Source of the DNA: Takakia lepidozioides
Taxonomy: Eukaryota > Plantae > Bryophyta
Direction: 5' to 3'
DNA length: 64,000 bases
NCBI GenBank assembly: GCA_030704615.1
Contig: CM060731.1
Span: 70,060,001 to 70,124,000 of the forward strand
Positions 52,001 to 62,530 of the stretch are shown here, piece after piece (positions within the stretch are counted from its first letter, which is position 1; each line of letters begins with the position of its first letter). The notes beneath the pieces were generated by a model. That model made no database searches, was not told where the DNA came from, and worked only from the letters and a program-made list of their open reading frames with translations. The translations under genes were made by a program, and so were the position numbers.

Positions 52001-52539
52001 ACAACAAGGGCCACGATGGTGACAATGCCAACCGTTGGGAGGCTGGACACCTAGATGTGATACATGACTTCAGAACTCACTCACAGGATGGTATTGAGAA
52101 CATCACCCAAGACGTTGCGGTCCACAATGTCGTGATTCTGGATGGGGATTCGTCAAGTTCAAGCGAGAGAACTAAGAGTAATCCTGCTTCACCATCAAGG
52201 GGTGCGGAGGCGAGCTCAATCGAGGTGCGCGGCAATTTTATTGGGAGTGCAGACGACTAGTTCAAACCTATAGAAGGGGACAAGCCGGCGCCAATGTCCC
52301 CGTCTCCCACCAAAGAGAGGGTAGAGAGAGCGAGGACAAAGAGCCCGTGTCCCACAAAAGACAACGGACACAGAGGGAGGACTAAGAGCCCGTCCCCCGC
52401 AAAAATGGACAGTTGTGACAGAGCCAGGACTAAAAGCCCGTCTCCAAGAAAAAACAGCGGAGGCAGAGGCCGAACTCAGAGCCCAACTCGCTCTCAAAGT
52501 GTCTCCCAGCATGTCAATTTGGATGTAGGTAACGAATGA
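49026..52539 (+). pseudogene. Multi-exon cargo gene: ParB/Srx-like domain, degenerate methyltransferase-like region, acidic tract, RxRTKSPSP repeats
   Basis: ORF segments 49009-50016, 50153-50403, ~50541-50770, 50973-51710 and 51771-52539, several with GT/AG edges. VYRPLN...PVYLAPI...FFVIGGQHTIVAAK; YLASLFCRDEMSAVNIFGG. Premature TAG at 52258. Confidence 0.55.
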
Positions 52540-53129
52540 CACCTGGAGATTTATGGTGTCTTTAAGCATTATAAATGGAACAAATTGTGTGTATTGCATC
52601 TGGTTGTGTTCTGGTTGTGTTTTTGCCAATAGCTAATATGTATCTTGATATTTCCCACCTTCTTCAACATTACATGTGACTGATGGTTACGAAAACTCGT
52701 ATAGATCCATGAACGGAAATTGGAGGAAATCACACAAACCCGGACAGAATCCATCGCGACTCAAACAGTGAGGAGGCAGGTGGACTTAACAATAAGGGCC
52801 GGCCCAACTGATCCGGTCAAACAAACAACCTCCACTGCCTAGTCGACGTTGCGAGATGGAGGAGATGAGCCGGAGATGGTCGTTGCTCACCGCGAAGGAA
52901 AAGAGAGCGAACAGCAACAACAGCAAATTCGGAACCCCTCCCCGAAACGGGTATACACCTCATAACCATCTTAGCTATGTTTTTCTTTGTCCTTCTTCTA
53001 GTTTTCAAAATAAATTAATTGTTCCGTTATTCCACAGGATGATATGATTCACCCTCCAATCGACTATCACAAATCTGTGAACCCACAGGATTGGTATCGC
53101 CTCTCTGAGGGACCGAAATGATCTCGACC

Positions 53130-53760
53130 AGGATACTACGTCCTGGTTCTTGACGTCGGTTACCTTGGTGAGGTTTACATCCGAGATGGTCCGAGATCCC
53201 CTCCCGCAACCCATCCTTGTGTGTGCGCTGGAAAATTCAAGCTTGCAGTCCGAAATGGGTTGGACGACTTCCTGAAATGGGTCCTTAAGCATTTTGAGGT
53301 ATACTTTTGGAACACTGGACCGTTAGAAAATGTCCTGGATATAGGGCTGGCTTTGTTTGGAAGAAGGGTTTACAAGGTTAGGGAATTCAGCAATGAGAAC
53401 TGCGTGAAGCATAGATAGACGTTCAGTGCCGAATGGCCCAAATATCCAAAAGCGCCAATATATCTTAAACGAGTCTATGACCTTTTCACTGTAGACGACC
53501 CTGTAGCGTACAAATCAAACACACTTCTTAGCAATACTGTAGAAAATATGTATAAGTCGTACTTGAACCCAAAGTCGCTCGGTATCTTCCTTCCAAAATA
53601 TAAAGCGCTCGTCGACCCATACAAGGACAGGTTTCTTCTTGATGAACTCAAACCGCACCTGAAAGAGTTGCGGTTATCCGGAAAAGACGCTGATATATTC
53701 AACGTGGAAAAACCCATAGGATGGCTCTTGACTATGGATTTGCAGAGTGCAGGTTTATCT
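53130..53760 (+). pseudogene. FCP1/SCP-like HAD phosphatase domain, copy 1 (disrupted)
   Basis: YYVLVLDV; VRNGLDDFLKWVLKHFEVYFWN; IYLKRV; SNTLL; YKSYLNP; FLLDELKPHL. Confidence 0.7.
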
Positions 53761-53926
53761 TAGAAAACAAAAATTTCCTGACGCTCATTGGAACAGTTTG
53801 AACGTAGATGGCTTCTGCTCTAGATTTTCATGAACCTCGACTGTCCAGTGGACGTTGCTCCTAGTGTCAATCTTGTCCTTGGGTTATCTTGATTACCACC
53901 TGAGTGGTTGTATGAATTTCTCACAG

Positions 53927-54520
53927 ATTGCAGCACCAGTTTCTCCAGTTGCGAAAGGATTGCGCTTGTTGATAATTTTTGACCTGAATGGAGTTTTGTG
54001 CAAAGTCTTGAGCACCAGAAGAGCTATAGTGTCCCCCAAATGTCCGAGACAATACTGATACCAACTCTTGTTGGATTTCAACTTGTCTATAGGCGGGGAA
54101 AAAATCGTGAGATGTAGACAGGTTGAAACAAACATTTCCGTCTAGGTATTGGAGCTGCATGATGTACAAGAACTGCAGCCTATCCTGGACTTTATGCTTC
54201 GGGGTTTCCTCAGCCGACATCGTTATGTCTCAGGAAGATTGTATCTCCGTCTACTTCTGTCCACCCTCAATTTATATCAGGATACGACTCGCCGAGTCTA
54301 TTCTTTGAAGCCATTGATGACGGTCTGGCAAAGATTTGGTGGTCAGTATAACCTGAGTAACACTCTACTTATTGATGATTCAGCTATTAGTGTGTGTGTT
54401 GAACCCGCCTGAATCTGCCTGATTCTAAAATCGTTGAATCCGTTGAGACGGACTCTTGCTATCTCCAGACGTTCTTCAGAAATATTTGCTTGAAATGAAG
54501 AAAATCCTCACACCGTTTCC
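53927..54520 (+). pseudogene. FCP1/SCP-like HAD phosphatase domain, copy 2 (disrupted)
   Basis: LLIIFDLNGVLC; SQEDC; LKPLMTVW...YNLSNTLLIDDS. Confidence 0.78.
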
Positions 54521-56283
54521 AGTTATCTAGGGAAAGGAGGATAGGACTTAAGCCTTGTCAGAATGTTTCCACCGATCCCAAGTTTTAAAGCCTCTCCTGG
54601 ATTATGTTATGATTCTAATTACGGGAATCTCCGATGTGATGCTTCAAAATAAAGATTTTATTGATCAACCACGTCTGTGATTCAAGTGTTTATTTTTGAT
54701 GGTTTTTATTAGGTTGTATTGTTTTTCTAGAAAAAATGTTGTGTACTGTGATTTCCTTTTCAATCTGAATTGGACATGGAATTGTTTGCTATTTCCTCGT
54801 CTCATCCATGCATTTCTCCACCCCATACCATCCCGATCCTTTGAGATACAGGCCTTCTCCGAAACTCATCTCAGGGGGCTTTTTCAAATCCAACAACCTC
54901 CACTGTGCAGTGGAGGTTATCCCATATCTGTACATTGACCTTGTAAGTTTGATTCTGCAGGTTCATGGCGATGCTGCTGATGCCAACTTCTTGTCGGGAC
55001 CTCCATTGGAATCCTCTATATCAGAAATTCGTCTACAGAGGGAAAACGTTCACACTACTGTTGAGATTTCTGTTATCGACGGTGAAACATCATCCAGGCA
55101 CTTGGCTTCCCTTCAATTGCACGACCCTCTTCTTCAGTCCATTCCTGAAAATGATGTTATGTCGCAGGATTGTTTAGGATTGAATGTCGAAGATGGAAGC
55201 CAACTTGACAAATGTGCAAGGGATTTCGTGGACCTCACTCTACAATCCTACACCTCCGTGTTAAGTGTCAATGGTGTGAAATCTACCTCGAGAATGTCAT
55301 CCGTTGAGGACGCGGCTGAGGCTGCGGCTCCGCAGCACAATGTTGTCTCTCTTCCCTCCTTCTCTCCCCAGCACGAAGGTTGGATAGCCCAAATCAGAAG
55401 GAATCAGGTAAAATTACTTATATCTGAATTCTAACTCGTCCTTTTGTTTTCCCTAGTACTGGGTCTGATGTTCTTGTTTTACTCCAGGCTAGAAAATCTG
55501 CGGATTGTGACCTTCCTGTCAAACGACGTTTTCATTGGAAATCTGTTCCGAGGTAATCCCTTCGTTACGTGTGAATTCCATTCAGGATGTGGAGTGCTCA
55601 ATGGACAATTTCCATTCCATTCCCCTTCTCCGAAACCCTTTCAACGAGGACAAAGACGAAACTTCAATTGCAACTTCTGGGCTTCTCGACCCTGCAGTGT
55701 TGGCGCAATGTTCTGCACCGAGGAAGCGGAATAGGCCCCCCAACCATTTCCATCTCTTCTACAAATCGGTTCCACCGGATAAGTCCTTCGTCAGAGACAA
55801 AGCAGACTCGAGGAAGAAAAGGAATACCTCGGACATACCGGGGTCTCGTCAAAACACGTCCATTGGGATGCCAAGCCCGCCAGCGAGACTTTCCAATAAG
55901 GCGACATCGATATTATTCGATATCATTTTTATTATTTTATTTATTTTTTGTTCATTTGGTTATGCACTAATTAACTTCATCTTTTCTCAACAGGAGGGGA
56001 TGCAGCACGATACCTTCATCAATTTCCCTCTGTACAAGGTACTTTCCTGAACCTCCACTTGGAAGTCGACGTTCCTCTTCTTAGCAATATTCACCCTCCT
56101 CTTGAAACATTCCAAGCCCACAACATTTTGCAGTATTTTGCCATTTTCTGCACAATCGTGTTGATCTTCCATACACTCAATCGTTCTGGGTCGTGGGTAT
56201 TTTTCATGGCAGAAACACTAATGTCAATGTGTGATTAACCTGCTCAGGATAACTTTGTCTCTCATCCTTTACATGCAACAGCG

Positions 56284-56863
56284 GGGAAGAGGAAACAAAT
56301 GTTGTTAATTTTGAGTGTCAACGGACTCCTCTGCTACCGGCCACCCCCAACCGGCGGTGAACTGTTTAAGGAGAAATTTCGTTTCAGAAATGTGACACTT
56401 CAAGTTCCTGACAGACCGTTTTGTGGTGCCTCGGCCTGGAGTCTTGGAGTTTCTGGACCTTGCATTGAAGCATTTTCACGTGGCCATTTGGTCATGTGCT
56501 GATAGAGGTGTTCTTTGTAGGATGTTGGAGAGCTTCGTCCCCACGAAAATAGCGAAGAAGTTTTGCTTCATATGGTCTGCTGAGGATTATAAGGATACCA
56601 CCGGTTATATCAGGCCCGGGATGAAATATCTCTTGAAGGATATTCGAAGTGTTATTGTCAGGTACCCTGGTAGACCGTTTGCTACGCATGGGCAAATACT
56701 TCTTGTAGATGATGAGCCATCAAAAGACCTGCGAAACCCACAAAATACTGGATTCTTCTCTTTCTCATTCAAGCCTTCACCAAACGGATTGCAAGACCGG
56801 GATGATATGACAAAAGCAGTGTGGCCATATATCGGAGATGGCTGGAGCTTCAACAGTCGTTGA
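56284..56863 (+). pseudogene. FCP1/SCP-like HAD phosphatase domain, copy 3 (frameshifted)
   Basis: LLILSVNGLLCY; VPRPGVLEFLDLALKHFHVAIWS; FCFIWSAED; LLKDI; ILLVDDEPSKDLRNP. Confidence 0.82.
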
Positions 56864-58379
56864 TTACATTAGCGAGAACCGGACAAAGTGTTCCCATAAG
56901 CCTATTGGTTGAGACCATGCCTGCTGGGCCTGGTATGGAAGATATCTTGATCCTCGTATTTGGATCCCACAACAAAAGGAACCTGATTACCTTGGTAGGC
57001 ACGGTGATCCACTCTTCTCATGTTTGTTCATAATTTGATTTTCCAATTCTTTTGCAGCTGCATTTTCACTCTTACCTCAACATATCCATATGCAAAACTT
57101 CTACTTTGGGCCTAACATTTGTCATTTCCGTCGCTTGTCCCTAGTTACATTCAAGGAACGAATTCTAAAAGAGGAACAAGAGCTGCGTGATTGGGAAGAA
57201 TGGCGGGCGTGCCGGGAGGCTTCAAGGGCATCAAGTAGAGTTGGCAGTAACATTTTAGGTGACAATGTCAGCCGGTTTCACCTTCCTGAAAGGATCTCCG
57301 TGTCCTCTGGAGCGGAGACCGTTGCAAGTGGCTGTTGTAACCGGAGGCGTCTTCGGACACATGCCTTGACTGCGAGCCGTTTGGGAGGAGACTCAGTATT
57401 ATTAATGAGTTAGTATAAGCCGTAACGGTTCTATGCCTTCAGAATCTATGGCTTGTATGGCATTAAGTCCATGAACGGATGAACAGTTGACGTTCATTTT
57501 TCTGTTGGTCCATCGCCTTGAATGATATAATCTCAAATAAAATATGAATGTTTCATAACTCGTTTTTCCATGTTGTGAGTTGATTGATCGATATTCTTGA
57601 CAGGTCCATCCTCACCGCACTGAGTAGTAGCATTAGACCTTGATACTAAACCGGATAGGACCCGGAATCAGCCACTTCTATTCTTTGGGTCCAGGACATT
57701 CGGGTGGATGACATTCGACTGGCCTTCGTCCTTCGACTGATTGTTTGCATCGGATTTCAGTCCCCATCATTGTTTCATATTTGGTTCTACCATTATTCCA
57801 TGTTTGTTACTGTATGTCATTTTGGATATCGGAGCTCTCATCATTGTTTGATTCATTGCATCCTCCCATTCCTTTTAATGAACGTCAACTTGGCAGTGGA
57901 TGTTCATCTAAGACCACAATACATACTTGTATTTTTGCGTAGAATGTGTGGAGGATTACATAATTTGTTGTTATATAGTGCACAAATAGTCAAATAATTA
58001 TAGATATATCTCTTTATTTCTATTATAGATTCTAATTATTCATATATCTTGTATTATTTCTGGACCAAACAAAAGTCCAGAATTAGTTAAAATAGAGTTA
58101 CTTTGTCTTATTGCGGATTCATTATTAAATATTTTAGAATGCGATTGATTGATTCTTGATGGATAGTAATATCACATTTGGCTTCTATGGTTCACACCAC
58201 AAAACACCTGAAATATGTAGATAAAATAATAATTATTTCAAGGGTTTGCAAAAAGCAGTGGTTAGTGTGATGGTAAAGAGCAATTTGTGATGAACATGAG
58301 GTTTGCTGTTCAAATCTTGGCAGGTGACATTGTGGCGGTAAATAGCTCTCGATGAGAGACTCTCAGAGTCTGAATCCTT

Positions 58380-58690
58380 GACGGAGCGAGTTGAGTTTTT
58401 GGAAGGTTTTGATGAGACTAGACAATTCGTAGCTCAGAACATGGAGTCTGTCCAGCGTCAATGCAAGACCCCGCTTTGATAAGAGAATGAAGAAACGTAC
58501 TTTTAAAGAAGGAGATTTGGTAATGTTGTTTGACAGTAGGGATGAAAACTTCAAAGTGAAATTCGACTATTTGTGGATGGGTCCATATGTGGTACATGAA
58601 GTCTTCGACATGGTTCTTTGTAGCTGGAGACCTTGAGGGGGGAATTGTTTCCAAACAGAGTAAATGGGATTCGTTGGAAACATTATAATG
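58380..58690 (+). pseudogene. Gypsy integrase C-terminal (GPY/F) fragment
   Basis: RFDKRMKKRTFKEGDLVMLFDSR...WMGPYVVHEV...NRVNGIRWKHY. Confidence 0.75.
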
Positions 58691-59759
58691 TGTGAGCAGT
58701 TCCAGAGGAAGCATATGTATGTCTTGCCCCTAATCTTTTCTAGTCAAGGGTGGATCCTGAATGGAAGTAGGGCAGTGGAATTGCACTATTGGCCTGATGT
58801 GGACAAAACACAGACGAAGATGAAGTATGTTATCAGTCATCATCAATTCAAATCCCGGAGAGGGTAACGACGATATTCTCTCTACCCTTGTATTTATTAA
58901 AATTGGTTGTTCGTTTCTTATTATTAATAATGTACAAAGTGAAAAAAGTTCTTGTGCAGGGCTTGAAAACGACATGAGTGTTTGCATCCATATGTCACAC
59001 CCATTATTGCCGATCATTTTTTTTAAATTCATGCCCACTGAGGCGCTTCAATTTCCAAATCATATTTCATGTGCATATATAATGTTTGTTACAACAAACA
59101 CTTTGCCAATATATCGATGTTCCCTGCATGGAATACTGCGACTTCCTAAACCATCCTGAGGCCAACTAGGTGTAGTAAAATTTAGCATTAATAGGGGGTT
59201 AGATTTAGATACAATGGGATTCTATAATGTAGCAGAACATTTGGACATATTAGATCCCTCCGATAACCACCGCTCCAACACAGCCGGAAAGTACAGAAGT
59301 TCAGATCGGTATGTGTTTGGAGATACCTGCTCGGCATTGAAGCGACACGACTATATTGTGGGGATGATCGAAGTTTAGACTTCAAATGGTGAATTTAATA
59401 ATTGAGTGTTCTTGAAATATTCACCGTGTTACATTTATGAGCAGTTGTGACCTCATCTGGTGTGATCCTTCAGGGTTGAAGAGACACCATAATTTGTGCT
59501 CCCTTCAGACGATTATCATGTTAAAGTTCTAGCTACGACCGAAGGTGGGAAGCTAGTTTAGCGTAGAGCAGGAATATGGTGCCATAGTGCCACGTCATCG
59601 TCGCCACATTTCGTCGTCAATTTTTTGGCCCTAACTGGACTGCCTGCTAGATTAACCCCAAAGCGCCAAGTTTTTTTGGAGCGTGGCCGGACTACCCGTT
59701 TCTTGCAGTTCTTGAAGTGCAGGAGCTCTGCGTTTTCCGCCATCGTTCACCTTGCAAGC

Positions 59760-60316
59760 TGCCCTGGTGGAAATGTATGTCAAATGTGCGTGCATCGAGC
59801 ATCCTAAGGGAGTGCTCGACAATATGCAGGCTGAACGAGATGTGATGTCGTCGAACGCGATGCTTGCAGGGGCGCAGGATGGAGGCTTTGGAGACATATG
59901 AGCAAATGATGGGGGAAGGGGTGAAGCCCGACCACATCACATTTGTGTGCGTTTGCAGTGCGGTGCAAGCCTGGCAGCCTTGGAAAAAAGCAAAGAGGTC
60001 CATGGTTGCATCGGCAAAGCTGGAATTGTAGCATTTCAGCATATTCAGATACTTATATCTGTCTCTTGCAAACGCGCATCAAGATGAAAGGTCTGGAATA
60101 TGGGAAGCAGGTGCACGCTCACATTATCCAACGGGGATTGGAGCCAATATTTTTTCTACACAACACCTTTGTCAACTACATGTGAAGTGCAGGAGCATCG
60201 TGGATGCCCACCAAGTGTTCAACAGAATGCCTCAAAGAGGTTTGATCACGTTGAATATAATGATGGCAGGATTCACCAAGCATGGATGTGGTAGGAATGC
60301 TTTGGAGACATATGAG
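59760..60316 (+). pseudogene. PLS-PPR pseudogene fragment, close paralogue of the 7356-11759 gene
   Basis: EALETYEQMMGEGVKPDHITFVCVC; TYICLLQTRIKMKGLEYGKQVHAHIIQRG; KCRSIVDAHQVFNRMPQRGLITLNIMMAG. Stops and frameshifts. Confidence 0.9.
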
Positions 60317-62299
60317 CCTTCTTCGACCTATTTCAGTCTATTTTGGCCTCTCATCAAACTCGGTTCTGAGATGCATATTGAATTCTGGAAGTGAGCTCGT
60401 TGTGCAGGAAAACATGATGTGTGAGAAGGCAACAAGGCAGCAGACTCTATGAGACTCTCTTGTTCTTGATATGCGAATCTTAGGGATGCATAGAGTTAAT
60501 TATACCTGATTATGCCACCTTCAAAGTGTATTGTACTGGTAAATGACATGCAGGTAGTCCAATCCCACTGCGAAGGCATCAAGTGCAGAGACCGCGTTTG
60601 TAGTGGCTGGGTTTGAATTTCAAGTCATCCACCCTGGTAAGATGTTTATGACTTCTGCAGTGAGCCACTTGCAAATTTTCATATGGTCATTGTAAAGGTT
60701 GTTGTCGGCTATGGAATTTTTGGGTTTACTTCCATAACCTTGTCAATCAGAGCCCCACAATTGCCTTGGGGAGGGCTGGTATTCTATGAGTCATAAGTGA
60801 TTCATTGGTTTATGATAGCTGATGTCTCATGTCCGGGTGCTTTTCAAACATCTATGTGCACTTGTGCCTTTATCCATTAATCTCCCTAGTGGTGTCCAAA
60901 TGGAGTGGTCAATCTACCTGGCTTTCCCTCGGTTAGGCCTGTGAAGGCCCTCCTGCAAAGCATCTCAAATTGATGAGGTAAATTAGGTGGAAATACCAGA
61001 CTCTGCAGTATAAGAGCAGACCATCTATGTAGATTGAAATCCCAGATTTGCATAGGGAGGATCAGATTTTCATTATTCACACACTATCCCTACTTGCACT
61101 TCATCACCCTTATCGCCTGCCTCACATGACCACCGTTTATCCTTTTGAAATCATGAAGCACAATTAGTTCCACGAAGCGTTATTCCAAGTCCATGACTGC
61201 CCTCATAACTTACTTTGATGACAATGATCTCACTACCTAGATCCTTCATGATGGTAATTTAGAGGGTTGCTAATACGGTCACATTTCAACTGTCCCACTC
61301 TGTCCTGGAAATCACAGAAATTAATCTGAATTTACCAATGGAACTTTCAGGAGCTAGAGTTCAACACCTCTTGAAAAATACTGGTCAAGATCTCAAACTA
61401 TTTCCACTCGGCACCAACATACACCAATGATCCGAGACGTGAGAGATGAACGACGATGGTCTACATTACTACTGCTGCAATATATCAATTAAATAACCAA
61501 CTAAGCATCACACCCACTACAACTTGGTGTACCTCCAAGTGCGAGACACTGAACTACCTCCACTAAACTACCGAGTATGAGCAAGAGAGCATGAAAGAGA
61601 GCGAGAGAGAGCGAGCGAGAGAGATAGAGGACGAGAACGCGAGAAATAGAACGTCTTGAATGGGGCTGTTATGACCCGCGGCTTCCTTCTTCATCCTCCT
61701 CACGTCCTCCTCACCGTTGATTCGACGGACGGACGAGATCTAGTCTTCTAGTATCTTTTTAAAAATAGTAACACACCAATGACTTAGTTAAGGTACATGT
61801 ACGCATCGATATCCAAGAAAATATTTAATTACTTGTTCAAGAGTGCATATTATTATAATATAAAAGATATACTATTTTAATCCTTCAAATCTGCCCCCTC
61901 CATTTGAACGGACCAGATCGAGCCACTTGTTTTTCATCCATCTGTTGACCTGGTCATCCATATTGTAATTTCATCCATATGTAGTTCCAACCTATAATTT
62001 CATCTATCCATAGATTTCATCCAGCTGTTGATTTTGTATCCGTCCGCTGATTTCATCCAAGGAATACATGACCAACTTAAGTTTGGTACATGACCAACTT
62101 GAGTTGGTAAATGATTCACTTGAAATTCAAATAGATGATACTCCATCCATAGACATTAATCTAGTGGGATCGCCACCCTCGATTGATTAGCATCTATGGT
62201 CCATATTAACCCCTGTGCTCCAATTGAATTCCTCTTCCGTGCCATGTTGATGTCTTGAAGCAGCTAGTTGTAGTGTTATCTTGAGAGTCGTCTGCTGGT

Positions 62300-62530
62300 G
62301 AGATCCTCCAGCAATATAGGCATATTTGCTTGCATTTGCTGATCCAAAAAGACGTCGATCCTGAATCATTATTGGCGTTGAAGACCACTCGTTGGATCCT
62401 AGATCATACCTCCATACCATGTAGCCTCTAAAGCACTGTCCACAAACCAAAAGCTGTAACTCTTGGAACATGTCGTTGTAGCCACTCCTCAAAGTCTTCT
62501 TGAAGAAATCGTCATCCCATCTAGCTTGTG
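62300..62530 (-). pseudogene. F-box/kelch-repeat gene fragment
   Basis: QLLVCG...VWRYDLGSNEWSSTPIMIQDRRLFGSANASKYAYIAGG is a plant kelch repeat. No F-box or further repeats seen. Confidence 0.65.

Larger units (their letters stand above)
45258..57904. repeat. Dispersed 24-bp palindrome AACCTCCACTG-NN-CAGTGGAGGTT
   Basis: Copies start at 45258, 46669, 46936, 47771, 47973, 48922, 50056, 52827, 53833, 54895, 56050 and 57881. Also 21247 and a degenerate copy at 19636 in the left arm. 47771, 50056 and 54895 are perfect. Confidence 0.95.
19407..58099 (-). mobile_element. Giant Sola-like DNA transposon with cargo genes and nested insertions
   Basis: TIR 19407-19436 AACCCTATTTTAACTAATTCTGAACTTTTG vs reverse complement of 58070-58099 (28/30). 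4-bp TSD ACTT at 19403-19406 and 58100-58103. Transposase pieces and the 24-bp palindrome occur in both arms. Confidence 0.8.

Noticed and set aside
45258-57904. CRISPR array interpretation of the palindromic repeats
   Set aside because: Spacing is irregular (200 bp to nearly 3 kb), there are no uniform spacers or cas genes, and the context is eukaryotic.
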